Shown: one piece after another, positions 27,171-38,537 of the stretch
How positions within the stretch are numbered: position 1 is the first letter of the stretch
Layout: every line of letters starts with the position of its first letter
NCBI GenBank assembly: GCA_050949565.1
Contig: JBMNFY010000008.1
Coordinates: 1 to 64,000 of the forward strand
From: Kiritimatiellia bacterium
Lineage (GTDB): Bacteria > Verrucomicrobiota > Kiritimatiellia > RFP12 > UBA1067
Direction: 5' to 3'
Length of the DNA: 64,000 nucleotides
Notes under the pieces: generated by a model
Told to the model about the DNA's origin: nothing
Database searches by the model: none
The model's input: the letters and a program-made list of their open reading frames with translations, nothing else
Program-made: the position numbers and the translations under genes

Positions 27171-29646
27171 GTGATGAGTGATACCGATCATACAGCAACC
27201 GGCGACTCCTCGGGTGCTTCGCGGCGTCCGGTCTACTATGGCGGCGGCAGCCGTGCCATCTATTACGGGGGTTCTAGCCGTCCGGTCTACTATGGCGGCG
27301 GTGCTCCGGGAGCTTACGGAAGCAGCGGATACGGCGGTGCTTACTACTACGGCGGCATGGGGGGCGGTGGAGAGGACGACGATTCGCTGATGGGGGCGGT
27401 GACCCTCACCCGCATGTTGCGTGTCTGCACGCAGCGTTGGGTCACAATCGCCGTGTTTGTCATCATCGGATTCATCGTGGCCTTTGCTGTGTTTAAGATC
27501 TCGCCCATGATTTACGAGGCCGAGAGCGTGTTCGAGATGAGCATACGCCGCTCCACCTACTCCAATCTGCGCCCGGCGATCATCGATGCGGACATCGGCT
27601 CGACAATGGACGAGGTTTTCAATACGCGGTTGGCCCGTCTGCGCAGCCGTGCTGTAATCGATCAAATCATCAGTCAGTACCGAACCGATTATCCGAGTTC
27701 GACGGTGACGGATGAGGAGTTGGTCGAGACCTTGGTCAAATCCAAAATGACCCTGCAACGCCGATCACGCCTGATCCGTATCACGGTCCGTTCGACCGAC
27801 CCTGAATTGGCCACGAACTTAGCCAACGCGTATGCCAAGGCAGCGGAGACGTTCACCTCGGATCAGAATCGCGCCAAATCGGAAGTCGCGGTCTCTTGGC
27901 TCGCCTCCACAACCGAACAGCAAAAGCGTAATCTGGAGCGTGCCGACAAGGCCATGCTCGATTTTCGCACCGCCAACCAAATCGATTTCATGGCCAGCGA
28001 GAGCGAAACCGCTCAACGGGCGCTTGCCAAAGTCAACGACGACATCCTCGGCCTCGAAGGAGAAATCACCAAGGCCTCTGAACTGCGTAAGACGCTTGAG
28101 GCGATCCAAGGTGATCCCGAAAAATTCGGCTCGCTGCCGGATTCTGTCCCGCGATCTCTGGAGATCGGCACGTCATTCCAACTGCTCCAGAAAACGTTGG
28201 CCGAGAAGAATTCGCTGTTGGCCCGATATACCGCCAACCATCCCGAGGTCAAGGTTAAGGAGAAGGAGGTCGAGGTTTACGCTCAACAGTTTGCAGATGT
28301 CGTCTTCCGCTCGCTGGAAACCTGTAAGGCCAATCTCGATCTGCTACAACGTCAGCTAGCGCAACTCACGCCCAAACGTGACGAACTGATCAAAAAGCTC
28401 TCGGACCTAGAACTGAAGATGGTTTCGGCCCAGATGAAGCTCGTGCAGTTGGAGCGTGAACGTGAACTGGCGGACACCACCTACAAGACGTTGCTGCAAC
28501 GCACACGTGAGGCCCAGTTGGCCTCAGATGAAAACACCGCCATCATCGAGCAGATTGAGCCGGCGTTCAAGCCCACCAAGCCGGTCTTGCCCAACCCACT
28601 GATTATTTTTCCGGCCGGCCCAGCCATCGGTCTGCTACTCGGCATCCTGTTCGTCCTGATCCTCGACCACCTTGAGGATAAGATTGTAGGCATCTCGGAT
28701 ATTGAACATCGTCTGCGCCTCAAAACGCTGGCCGTGTTGCCTCACGTGCGCCGCAAGAAACGCGAGCAGTTGGCGCGACTGGTCATCGACGACAAATTCT
28801 CGCAGTTTGCCGAAGCCGTGGCCGGTCTCCGCAACCTGCTGGACTCGCCACGCTATCAGGAAATGTCCAAAGTGTTGCTCTGCATGAGCACCCAGCCGGG
28901 CGAGGGCAAAACCGTTACCTCGTGCAGTCTCGCGGCTTCCTGCGCTCAAAGCGGACAACGTACGCTGTTGGTCGACTTTGACATGCGCCGTCCCCGCCTC
29001 GCTCGTATCTTTGAGAAAGGCCCGGATGAGTTCAACAGTCTGCCGCACACGCTGATCAAGGCCGACCCCTCGTTGTTTGATTCGTTGCCGGTGTCCGCAG
29101 GCGTCGAAAACCTCGATGTCATTCTCTCCAAAGCCTCGTCAGCGATCAGCCCCGCCAACCTGATGGGCAGCGGAATCATCGTCGACTTCTTTACTTGGGC
29201 GCGCCAAAACTACGACCGCGTGAGTGATCGACTCGCCGCCCTTCGGTATCGTCGGCGACGTCATGACCCTCGCCTCGCTCGCGGATTCGGTCATGATCAT
29301 GTGCTGCCCCGACCGCACGCGCTTCCAGCCGATCAAGCACGCGGCGCGCACCCTGACGGAGTCCGGCGCACGCGTCATCGGCGTGATCGTGAACGACGTC
29401 GACTTCGGACGCCGCAACCACTTCAGCCAGTACGATTACCACTACCGGTACGCCTACCGCTACACCTCACGTTACGGTGCCTATGGTCAGGGCAAAAGGC
29501 GTGCTGGACCCGCAGAGCCCGAAGAGAGCGTGCCGGGTCGCGCAGCCGCCGCCAGCAGACCGGTTTACGGCGACGACCTCGCACCGTCTTCGCAGGCCAC
29601 ATTGCGACAGGACCATGTTGACCTTTCGATGACCGATGATGAGTGA
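27171..29646 (+). CDS. wzc: Wzc polysaccharide co-polymerase / BY-kinase with an apparent +1 frameshift near 29223
   Basis: Two TM helices and a coiled coil; PGEGKT Walker A; [10 protein letters not shown]. Walker B (VIDSPP) and the Tyr cluster continue in ORF 29224-29646. Confidence 0.88.
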
Positions 29647-29650
29647 AAGG

Positions 29651-30733
29651 ATGATGACTAAAGGAGGAGCAGTGCAGCGTATCATTGTGACAGGGGGTGC
29701 CGGATTTATCGGCTCGGCGCTGGTGCGCCAATTGATCCGCGAGTCGGAGAACGAAGTTCTGGTTCTTGATGCGCTCACCTATGCGGGCAACCTCGCCTCG
29801 CTAAGTGAGGTCGATACGCATGCACGTTACCGTTTTGAACACGCCGACATCTGCGACCGCCCCACAGTGGAACGGCTCTTCGCGTCATTCCGCCCGGACG
29901 CAGTCATGCACCTCGCGGCGGAATCACATGTTGATCGTTCAATCGACGGCCCCTCGGCTTTTATCCAGACCAATGTCGTCGGCACCGCCACGCTGCTGGA
30001 GGTCGCCACCGCCTACTGGCGCGGTCTGGAAGGCGCGGCGCGCGACGCCTTCCGCTTTCTGCACATCTCGACCGATGAAGTCTACGGCTCATTGGGCGCG
30101 GAAGGCCTCTTCACCGAACGCACGCCTTACGATCCCCGTTCGCCCTATTCAGCCAGCAAAGCGGCCTCCGACCATCTGGTGCGTGCGTGGCACCACACTT
30201 ACGGCTTGCCGACGCTGATCACCAACTGCTCCAATAATTACGGCCCCTATCACTTCCCCGAGAAATTGATCCCGCTCGTCATTCTCAACGCGCTCGACCA
30301 CCGACCGCTGCCGATTTACGGCACCGGCGACAATGTGCGCGACTGGCTCTATGTCGATGATCATGCGCGTGCGTTACGGCTCGTGCTGCAACGCGGCCGC
30401 CCCGGCGAGACCTACAATGTCGGCGGCCACAACGAGCGCACCAACCTGCAGGTCGTCGAAACCATCTGCGATATCCTCGACGAACTCCGGCCGCTTACCG
30501 GAGACGCGCCCGCCCGTTATCGCGATCTCATCACCTTTGTCCCAGACCGCCCCGGCCACGATCAACGCTACGCGATCGACGCCGCCAAACTGTGCGGTGA
30601 ATTGGGTTGGACGCCGCAAGAGTCTTTCGACACCGGCATCCGCAAAACCGTGCAGTGGTATCTTGACAATGCTTGGTGGTGGCAGCCCATCCGCGACAAA
30701 AAGTACGCAGGACAGCGTCTGGGAAAGGCATGA
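29651..30733 (+). CDS. rmlB: dTDP-glucose 4,6-dehydratase
   Basis: [32 protein letters not shown]; the true start may be GTG 29672. Confidence 0.97.
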   Translation: MMTKGGAVQRIIVTGGAGFIGSALVRQLIRESENEVLVLDALTYAGNLASLSEVDTHARYRFEHADICDRPTVERLFASFRPDAVMHLAAESHVDRSIDGPSAFIQTNVVGTATLLEVATAYWRGLEGAARDAFRFLHISTDEVYGSLGAEGLFTERTPYDPRSPYSASKAASDHLVRAWHHTYGLPTLITNCSNNYGPYHFPEKLIPLVILNALDHRPLPIYGTGDNVRDWLYVDDHARALRLVLQRGRPGETYNVGGHNERTNLQVVETICDILDELRPLTGDAPARYRDLITFVPDRPGHDQRYAIDAAKLCGELGWTPQESFDTGIRKTVQWYLDNAWWWQPIRDKKYAGQRLGKA

Positions 30734-30743
30734 GGAGGCAATC

Positions 30744-31628
30744 ATGACGAAACGCAAAGGCATTATCCTCGCCGGAGGCGCCGGCACGCGGCTTTATCCG
30801 ATCACACAGGTGGTGTGCAAACAGCTCCTGCCGATCTTTGACAAGCCCATGATCTATTACCCGCTCTCGACGTTGATGCTGGCCGGAATCCGCGAGGTTC
30901 TGATCATCTCCACGCCTGAAGCCACACCGCTCTTCCGCACTCTACTGGGAGACGGTTCGCAACTCGGTATGCGGCTCGAATACGTCGTACAGGAGGTGCC
31001 GAACGGTCTGGCGCAGGCCTTTGTGCTGGGGCGTGAGTTTCTTGGCGATGCCCCCTCCTGCCTCGTGCTCGGCGACAATATCTTCTACGGCGACGGCATG
31101 CGCCGCATGTTGACCGAGGCCGACGCCACGCCCGGCGCCACAGTGTTCGGCTACTACGTCAACGACCCCGAACGTTACGGCGTCGTCAGCTTCGACGAAA
31201 CGGGCAAGGCGGTGTCGATCGAAGAAAAACCTGCCCGCCCCAAGTCCAATTATGCGGTGACCGGCCTCTACTTCTACGACAACAGCGTCGTGGATGTTGC
31301 CGCACGTCTCAAACCCTCCGCGCGCGGTGAATACGAGATCACCGACCTCAACCGCCACTACCTTGAACAGGGGTCGCTCACGGTCAAGCTGATGGGCCGC
31401 GGCTTCGCTTGGCTCGACACCGGCACACACAGCTCGCTCGCCGACGCCACCGCCTTTGTTAAAGCCATCCAAGACCGCCAGGGACTCAAGATTGCCTGCA
31501 TCGAGGAGATCGCCTGGCGCATGCGCTTTATCGACCGCAACCAACTCGCGCACCTCGCCGACCGCCTGAAGCAATCCGCCTACGGCGAATACCTCATCCG
31601 CCTGCTTGAACTTGAGCCGCGTGATTGA
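30744..31628 (+). CDS. rmlA: Glucose-1-phosphate thymidylyltransferase
   Basis: [36 protein letters not shown]. Confidence 0.97.
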   Translation: MTKRKGIILAGGAGTRLYPITQVVCKQLLPIFDKPMIYYPLSTLMLAGIREVLIISTPEATPLFRTLLGDGSQLGMRLEYVVQEVPNGLAQAFVLGREFLGDAPSCLVLGDNIFYGDGMRRMLTEADATPGATVFGYYVNDPERYGVVSFDETGKAVSIEEKPARPKSNYAVTGLYFYDNSVVDVAARLKPSARGEYEITDLNRHYLEQGSLTVKLMGRGFAWLDTGTHSSLADATAFVKAIQDRQGLKIACIEEIAWRMRFIDRNQLAHLADRLKQSAYGEYLIRLLELEPRD

Positions 31629-31654
31629 CATGATTGTTGTGCATGATGTATTAT
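31625..31654 (+). promoter_or_regulatory. sigma70 promoter of the AbrB/PIN module, overlapping the rmlA stop codon
   Basis: TTGACA-18 bp-TATTAT, with ATG 31662 at the expected +1 position. Confidence 0.65.
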
Positions 31655-31661
31655 GACTCGT

Positions 31662-31916
31662 ATGAAGACGATGGCAACCACAGTGACGGAGCGTGGACAG
31701 GTATCGATTCCGGCGACAGTTCGGAAGCGCCTCAATCTTACTCCAGGACAGCGCGTGACATGGGAACCGATTTCCGATCACGAATGTCGGATGAAAGTTG
31801 CCCCTGAGAGCCCCATACTCGGCGCCAAGGCCATGTTGGGGTATGCGGCCAAGTTTCGGCGTGTGCGTCGGACTAGCGAATGGATGGACGAGATTCGTCA
31901 AGGAGAGATCGAGTGA
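31662..31916 (+). CDS. AbrB/MazE/SpoVT-family antitoxin
   Basis: TVTERGQVSIPATVRKRLNLTPGQRV. Confidence 0.88.
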   Translation: MKTMATTVTERGQVSIPATVRKRLNLTPGQRVTWEPISDHECRMKVAPESPILGAKAMLGYAAKFRRVRRTSEWMDEIRQGEIE

Positions 31917-32323
31917 TCTGGGTGGTGGACACGTGCATCGTGATCGACGTGCTAGAAAATGACCCAGAATTCGGACATGCGTCCGCAGAGCTTCTGGACA
32001 AAATGATTGCGGATGGAATCGCATTGTGTCCAGTCAGCTATGTAGAGTTGGCACCTGCGTTTCTTGGCGTCAGTCAGCGGCAAAACGAGTTTCTGGACAG
32101 CATCGGCATTCAATATTCCCTTCCTTGGAGTTGGCAAGACACGCAAAACGCCTACAAGGCTTGGGAGCGCCACGTCGACCTCTATCGGCAGCGAAAAGTT
32201 CTTAAGCGCCCCGTGGCCGACATTCTCATCGGCGCATTCGCCATCGGCCGAGGTGGTCTTTTGACACGAAATTCCGCTGACTTCCGACGTGTGTTCCCCA
32301 AACTCAAAATCGTCGAGCCTTAG
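31913..32323 (+). CDS. vapC: PIN-domain (VapC) toxin
   Basis: VVDTCIVID, VSYVEL, ADILIGAFA, LLTRN; GTGA overlap with the antitoxin. Confidence 0.88.
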   Translation: MIWVVDTCIVIDVLENDPEFGHASAELLDKMIADGIALCPVSYVELAPAFLGVSQRQNEFLDSIGIQYSLPWSWQDTQNAYKAWERHVDLYRQRKVLKRPVADILIGAFAIGRGGLLTRNSADFRRVFPKLKIVEP

Positions 32324-32327
32324 CTTA

Positions 32328-33245
32328 ATGACGGAGACACTAGGACTTTTAACTTCTATCGCCTGGGCGCTTTGCGCAGCCGGCATTGCGTGGTATTGCC
32401 TCAATATCTTGCAGCAGATCACGTATGTCACGCTGGCGGATGGCCGTCAACAGGAACGCAAGCTACCGGCCATCTTTCGCTTGCTCCTGCCGTTCGCGCC
32501 GAATCTCTACCATGTCGTGACCCGCCCCGCATTTGAAAAAGCGCGCGTCACCGCCGACCGTAAACTGGTAGCGGCAGGCTTTGAGGGCCTGCTTTCCGGC
32601 AAGGAGTTTCTGGCGCTGAAACTGCTGATGCCGGTCATCTGTGGCGCTCTTTGGTTTGCCCTGCTCCGTCTCATTTCAGTGTTGAGTCCGCAATCAGAAA
32701 TCGCCAAGAACACGCTCCTCGCGTTTCTGCTGGGGCTGGCCCTTTTCTATTACTACCCGCTACTCTGGTTGCGGCGTGTGTTGCGGGCGCGCCACACGGC
32801 GATTCAACGCGCGCTGCCGTTCGTTCTGGACTTGCTCACCCTCTCGGTTGAGGCCGGCATGGACTTCATGAGCGCGCTTCAGCGCAACTGCGAACGTCGT
32901 AAACTGGACCCGCTCAACGAAGAACTGATCCGGATGACGCGCGAAATCCAAGTCGGCACCCCGCGCCGGACGGCACTGCGCAACATGGCGCAACGCGTGG
33001 ATCTCGGCGATCTGCGTTCGGTAGCGCATGCGTTGATCCAAGCGGACGAACTGGGCGTAAGCATCGGTGCGATCCTGCGGATCCAATCCGATCAGATGCG
33101 CGCCCGCCGCTTTGACCGCGCTGAGAAACTAGCCAACGAAGCCCCGGTCAAGATGCTCGGCCCGTTGATGCTGTGCATCTTTCCTGCCGTCTTCATCATC
33201 CTGCTTGGTCCCATCCTCCAACAAACCCTGAAAAGCCTGTTTTAA
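32328..33245 (+). CDS. tadC: Tad pilus / T2SS F-family membrane protein
   Basis: LPFVLDLLTLSVEAG...AEKLANEAPVKMLGPLMLCIFPA. Confidence 0.88.
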   Translation: MTETLGLLTSIAWALCAAGIAWYCLNILQQITYVTLADGRQQERKLPAIFRLLLPFAPNLYHVVTRPAFEKARVTADRKLVAAGFEGLLSGKEFLALKLLMPVICGALWFALLRLISVLSPQSEIAKNTLLAFLLGLALFYYYPLLWLRRVLRARHTAIQRALPFVLDLLTLSVEAGMDFMSALQRNCERRKLDPLNEELIRMTREIQVGTPRRTALRNMAQRVDLGDLRSVAHALIQADELGVSIGAILRIQSDQMRARRFDRAEKLANEAPVKMLGPLMLCIFPAVFIILLGPILQQTLKSLF

Positions 33246-33248
33246 GTT

Positions 33249-34583
33249 ATGAGCATAAACACGTACGCTCTTGTCATCGATGACGGCCCACTGGCGGGCA
33301 CACGATATACCGTCTCCCAGACCGGGCTTACGCTGGGCCGTTCCCGTCAGTGCGACATCGCGATCAAAGACATGCTGCTCTCCCGCAGCCACTGCCGTTT
33401 CGAACTGCGTGACGGTACGCTGTGGGTCGTCGACTTGGCCAGCGCAAACCAGACACTGGTCAACAAGGAGGCGATCGACGAAAGGATGCTCAATCCGGGT
33501 GACCTCATTGAGGTCGGCCAAACCGTACTGCGCGTTGACTACGCCGATGCCGCAGCCGGAGACGGACAATCCCCAGCGACCCCAAGCGCGGCCCCTGCCG
33601 ACGGTGTGGTGATCGACCTTGGTTTTGGAAAAGCCGATGCGTCGGGACACGCCGAAAAGAAATCGTTCCTGCGTCCCGTCATCTGGACGCTCGGCGCTGT
33701 GCTGGTGTTGATCATCGGCGCGACGTTCATTATGGACCCCGCGCGTCGCTCAAAGACCACCGACGCCGCCACGCCCGTCAGTCTGGAGCAGGACAAGACT
33801 TTGCTGGTGCAGTACGAAAAAGTCGAAGCCTCGACCGACAACCTCTTCCGCTACGAACTCGCGCTCTCGCCAGCCGGTATGCTGGCTGTCAAGATCGATG
33901 ACCTGTCCGGCAAGAACCGCCACGTCCGGAAGGAGAAGCAGGTTGAACCCGCACTGTTGAACGAACTGGTCCGCGACATCGAAAACAGCGGCTTCTTCTC
34001 ACTCGACAAGAGCTACTCCGGTTTCGCCCCCTCCCCCAACCAACTCAACGAGTGGACGCTGACCGTCGCCATCGGTCCGCGTGTCCATACCTGCCGTGTC
34101 ACCAACCGACTCGAACCCGAGGGGTTCCGGACATTGCGTGAACGGCTCGAAACGTTCAGTAAAAACGAACTGGGTATTTGGGCCATCCAGTTCTCCGCTG
34201 ACAAACTCACCGAACTGGCACGCGATGCTTTGTCGGTGGCCCGCAAAAAGTTTGACGAGCGCGATGTCAAATTCGGTAACCTGCACGAGTCCATCCGCAG
34301 TTATCAGGAAGCGGTCTTCTACCTCGACACCGTCAACCCCAAGCCGGACTTTTACACCACAATCATCGAAGGCTTCGAAACGGCCGAAGCCGAACTCGAC
34401 AAGCGCTACGAAGAGCAGCGCTTCCAGGCCAATCGCGCCATCAACCTGCAGGATTGGCCTACGGCGGCGCGTGAATTGAAAATCCTGCGCGAGATGATCC
34501 CAGACACCGCAGACAGCCGCAACAAAGAAGCGACCCAGAAGCTCATCGATGTCGAGGGACGCCTCAGAAAAATCCGCCGTTAA
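33249..34583 (+). CDS. FHA-domain membrane protein
   Basis: LGRS...LSRSHC...DLASANQTLVN FHA motif; one TM helix; helical C-terminus. Confidence 0.85.
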   Translation: MSINTYALVIDDGPLAGTRYTVSQTGLTLGRSRQCDIAIKDMLLSRSHCRFELRDGTLWVVDLASANQTLVNKEAIDERMLNPGDLIEVGQTVLRVDYADAAAGDGQSPATPSAAPADGVVIDLGFGKADASGHAEKKSFLRPVIWTLGAVLVLIIGATFIMDPARRSKTTDAATPVSLEQDKTLLVQYEKVEASTDNLFRYELALSPAGMLAVKIDDLSGKNRHVRKEKQVEPALLNELVRDIENSGFFSLDKSYSGFAPSPNQLNEWTLTVAIGPRVHTCRVTNRLEPEGFRTLRERLETFSKNELGIWAIQFSADKLTELARDALSVARKKFDERDVKFGNLHESIRSYQEAVFYLDTVNPKPDFYTTIIEGFETAEAELDKRYEEQRFQANRAINLQDWPTAARELKILREMIPDTADSRNKEATQKLIDVEGRLRKIRR

Positions 34584-34609
34584 CCTGCCGCTCATTTGAG
34601 GAAACCGCC

Positions 34610-35938
34610 ATGACACGCAACTTCACCACTTGCCTCCTCGCCGCCCTGCTCGCGGCGTTCACCTTGTACGCCGCAAGGAAGGACGGCCCCACCACCCGCC
34701 TCGACGTGACCTCTCATCCCGCCGGGGCAACGGTCCTGATCGACCATCAGGAACGAGGCGTCACGCCGCTGACCCTTTTCGACCTCGCCCCCGGCCCCCA
34801 TCTGGTGCAGTTCACGAAAGACGGCTGCCGTGACACCTTTGAAAGCGTCTCGCTGGAACTCGGCGTGGTGCGCACGGTTGGTGCCCGTCTGGAACCGCTC
34901 ACCGGTATCCTGCTGGTCACTTCTGATCCGCCTGCATGCGATGTGGCGGTTAAGGGGGTCTCGCTGGGAAGCACCCCGCTGCTCGTCACCACGCTTGAGA
35001 GCGGCGTCCACCGCCTCACGGTCTCCTCGCCCGGCTACCAGACCAAGGAGATCGACGTGACGCTGGAAGGCCGTACCCCGATCAAGCAAGAGGTCACCCT
35101 GCTCTCCGACTCCGGTACTATGGCCTTGACCTCCGATCCGGAGGGGGCCGAGGTGCTGATTAACGGTATCGCACGTGGCCGCACGCCCTGCCGCATCGAT
35201 CGCATCCCCGGCGGAACGGTCACGGTCAAAATCCAAGCCGAGGGCTTCCAACCGCACACGCGGGAAATCTCACTGGCCGCCGGCGAAGTCCAAAACGTCG
35301 ATGTGCGTCTGACGCCGCTACCGGGGACACTGCGCGTGGTCTCAATCCCTGAGGGCGCGCGTGTCTACATTGACGATGAATACAAGGGCGATACGCCCTT
35401 CGATCTGAAGAACGCCGAGCCTAAAACCTACCGCGTCCGCGTCGAGCGCGCCGGACACGAACCGCTTGCGCGCGATGTAACGCTCGCAAAAGCCGCATCG
35501 ATCACCGAGGAGTTCCGCCTCTCCAAAATCACGGGACGCCTCGAGATCATCACCGCGCCGTCGCGTGCTACAGTCTTGATCAGCGGCAAGAAGGTCGGAA
35601 TCACCAGTACCCACGGCACCGACAGCACGGCGGTTTCCGATCCGTTCGCGGTCGAGGAGGTGCTGGAGGGCGAGCATGAAGTCGAAATCTTCCGCAAGGG
35701 GTATACCTCGCAGAAGCGGCGCATCACCGTGAAGCGCGGAGAAACGCAGACCCTTCAGTTCAAGCTGGAACGTCAGTTTATCCCAAACTACGAGGTCGTT
35801 ACCGGCCGTGCCCATTACAAAGGCGTGCTGGAGTTCATGAACGAGGAGGGCATCCACCTTGAAATCATGCCGGGCATCAGCCAGACGATCCCGATGAAGG
35901 ATGTCAAGAAGCACGGCCCGCTGACCGAAACCGAATGA
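34610..35938 (+). CDS. Secreted PEGA-repeat protein
   Basis: Five SxPxGAxVxIxG...GxTP repeats; signal peptide. Confidence 0.88.
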   Translation: MTRNFTTCLLAALLAAFTLYAARKDGPTTRLDVTSHPAGATVLIDHQERGVTPLTLFDLAPGPHLVQFTKDGCRDTFESVSLELGVVRTVGARLEPLTGILLVTSDPPACDVAVKGVSLGSTPLLVTTLESGVHRLTVSSPGYQTKEIDVTLEGRTPIKQEVTLLSDSGTMALTSDPEGAEVLINGIARGRTPCRIDRIPGGTVTVKIQAEGFQPHTREISLAAGEVQNVDVRLTPLPGTLRVVSIPEGARVYIDDEYKGDTPFDLKNAEPKTYRVRVERAGHEPLARDVTLAKAASITEEFRLSKITGRLEIITAPSRATVLISGKKVGITSTHGTDSTAVSDPFAVEEVLEGEHEVEIFRKGYTSQKRRITVKRGETQTLQFKLERQFIPNYEVVTGRAHYKGVLEFMNEEGIHLEIMPGISQTIPMKDVKKHGPLTETE

Positions 35939-38448
35939 GTGCGTTTCCGGTCGACGCCATCCTACCCGACCTAGCCGCCTCGTTGGCGGCTAACCGCACA
36001 GCGGTGTTGCAGGCCCCGCCCGGCACGGGCAAAACCACGCGCGTAGCACCGTTTCTGCTGGACGCCGCCTGGCTGAAAGGACGCAAGATCCTGCTGCTCG
36101 AACCGCGGCGGCTCGCTGCGCGTACCGCCGCCGCTTTCATGGCACGCCAACGCAGCGAGCGGGTCGGCGAAACCATCGGTTACCACATCCGTCTCGAACG
36201 CCGTGCCGGGCCGCGTACGCGCATCGAACTCCTGACCGAAGGTCTGCTCACTCAACGCCTGCTGCACGATCCCGAACTCTCCGACACCGGGCTGGTGATC
36301 TTCGATGAGTTTCACGAACGCAGTCTGGCTGTCGATACTGCGCTGGCGCTCGCACTCGATACGCGCCGCGCACTGCGACCGGATCTGCGGCTCGTCGTCA
36401 TGTCTGCCACACTGCGCCCTGAAGCCATTGCCGCACACCTTGGCGACGCCGACATCCACACAGCCGACACGCGTCTCTATCCGGTCGAGACGCGCCTGCT
36501 CGACCGTCTCTCCACCGCATCCATCCCGCAACAAGCCGCCGGGGCCGTGTTGCGCGCGCTGCGCGAAGAAACGGGCAGCGTGTTGCTTTTCCTGCCGGGC
36601 GAAGGCGAAATCCGCCGCACGCTGGATCTGCTACGCAATGCAGACCTCCCGCCGGAGGTCTCGCTCTATCCCTTGTACGGTGCCCTGTCGCGCGAAGAGC
36701 AGGACGCCGCCGTGGCCCCGCCCGCCGTAGGCCGACGCAAGGTCGTGCTCGCCACCTCAATCGCGGAGACCTCGCTCACCATCGAAGGCATCCGTGTCGT
36801 CATCGACACCGGCTGGATGCGAGTGCCGCGCTTCTCGCCGCGCAACGGCATGTCACGTCTGGAAACCCTGCGCATCACCCGCGACCGGGCCGACCAGCGG
36901 CGCGGCCGCGCCGGACGTCTCGGCCCCGGCGTCTGCTACCGGCTGTGGGATGAAACCACCGATCTCCAACTTGCGCCTGAAGCACTGCCCGAGATTTTGG
37001 ACGCCGATCTCGCCGCGACGGTGCTGCAAGCTGCCGACTGGGGCACCAGTGCCCGCGACAGCCTGCCTTGGTTCACGCCGCCGCCCGACGCCGCATGGCG
37101 GCAAGCGGTCGGTCTGCTCCAAGCACTCGGTGCCCTCTCGCCCGCAGTCAGCCCTTCCGCCTTGGGCGCTACCGAATCTGCGGAAGCTCCCCCTCCAATG
37201 ATCACGGAGCGCGGCCGTGCCATGGCTGCACTGCCCGCCCATCCGCGCCTCGCCCACATGATTTTCGAAGCCGCGCGCGACGGTGCCGCGCAGCAAGCCT
37301 GCCTGTTGGCGGCAGTGCTCACCGAAGCCGCCTCCGAATCATCGGTACGCTACGAAACCGACGTGCGCCGTCTGCTGGACCGCGTACACGAAGGCGGCCG
37401 CGACGGCTTCAGCTACCGCGTCCATGAACTCGCCCGCCGCTGGGGACGCCGCCATCCGCCCACCGACCGTCAACGCCTCTCCGAAGGCCTGCTGCTCGCC
37501 TGGGCCTTCCCGGATCGATTGGCGCGGCGGCGCGACGCCACCGGCCGCTATCTGCTGCGCAACGGACGCGGCGCGGTCATTGACACCGCCGATCCGTTGG
37601 CGCGCGCGGAGTGGCTTGTCGCCGCCGAGTTGACCGACGACACCGCCGAAGCCAAGATCCGTCTGGCGGTGCCGCTCGACCAAAGCGAGGTTGAAGCCGC
37701 CTTTGCCGATCAAATGGAACGCCGCACATTGACCTTTTGGGATAAACGTAGCGAAGCAGTCATCTCGGTGAATCGCCTCTGCCTCGGCGCGATCACGGTG
37801 CATGAGGGCGGTCAGGCCGCGCCGGATGCCACCGACCTGCGCGCCGCCCTCTTTGAAGGCATCCGTCAGAAGGGAATCAGCCAACTGCCCTGGAGCAAAC
37901 GCGCACGCGCCCTGCAAGAGCGCGTACTCTTCCTGCGCCGCGCCCTACCGGAACAATCCTGGCCCGATTTTTCCGACGACGCGCTGTTGTCTGATCTCGA
38001 TACCTGGCTCGGCCCGTTTTGCGATGGCGTCACCCGCTGGAGCCATGTGACCGCGCTTGATCTCGCCGCGATTCTGCAACGTCGGCTGGAAGCGTGCGGC
38101 TGTTCGCGCCACGCCTTAGACACGCTCGCGCCTACGCACCTGCCGGTACCCAGCGGCTCGAACATCCAAGTTCGCTACGATCAAGATCCGCCCTACATGG
38201 AGGTGCGCATTCAGGAGGTGTTCGGTCTCACGTGCACACCGACTGTAGCTGGCGGACGCGTACCGGTCGTACTGCACCTGCTCTCACCCGCGCACCGCCC
38301 GGTGCAGGTGACCCGCGATCTGGAGAGCTTCTGGTCCACCGGTTACGCGCTGGTGCGCAAAGACCTGCGCGGACGCTACCCGAAACATTACTGGCCCGAA
38401 GACCCGCACCAAGCCGAACCGACACGCCGCGTACGCCCGCGTCCTTAA
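35935..38448 (+). CDS. hrpB: ATP-dependent RNA helicase HrpB
   Basis: APPGTGKTT, DEFHERS, MSAT, QRRGRAGR, GRYPKHYWPEDP. Confidence 0.97.
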   Translation: MSAFPVDAILPDLAASLAANRTAVLQAPPGTGKTTRVAPFLLDAAWLKGRKILLLEPRRLAARTAAAFMARQRSERVGETIGYHIRLERRAGPRTRIELLTEGLLTQRLLHDPELSDTGLVIFDEFHERSLAVDTALALALDTRRALRPDLRLVVMSATLRPEAIAAHLGDADIHTADTRLYPVETRLLDRLSTASIPQQAAGAVLRALREETGSVLLFLPGEGEIRRTLDLLRNADLPPEVSLYPLYGALSREEQDAAVAPPAVGRRKVVLATSIAETSLTIEGIRVVIDTGWMRVPRFSPRNGMSRLETLRITRDRADQRRGRAGRLGPGVCYRLWDETTDLQLAPEALPEILDADLAATVLQAADWGTSARDSLPWFTPPPDAAWRQAVGLLQALGALSPAVSPSALGATESAEAPPPMITERGRAMAALPAHPRLAHMIFEAARDGAAQQACLLAAVLTEAASESSVRYETDVRRLLDRVHEGGRDGFSYRVHELARRWGRRHPPTDRQRLSEGLLLAWAFPDRLARRRDATGRYLLRNGRGAVIDTADPLARAEWLVAAELTDDTAEAKIRLAVPLDQSEVEAAFADQMERRTLTFWDKRSEAVISVNRLCLGAITVHEGGQAAPDATDLRAALFEGIRQKGISQLPWSKRARALQERVLFLRRALPEQSWPDFSDDALLSDLDTWLGPFCDGVTRWSHVTALDLAAILQRRLEACGCSRHALDTLAPTHLPVPSGSNIQVRYDQDPPYMEVRIQEVFGLTCTPTVAGGRVPVVLHLLSPAHRPVQVTRDLESFWSTGYALVRKDLRGRYPKHYWPEDPHQAEPTRRVRPRP

Positions 38449-38537
38449 CCGTAACTCGGTCTGGCGTTTTTTCCAAAAGGTGTATATAGTGTGTATGTGA
38501 CGCTTACAGAACACGCGCCCACGACAAAGGAGATACC

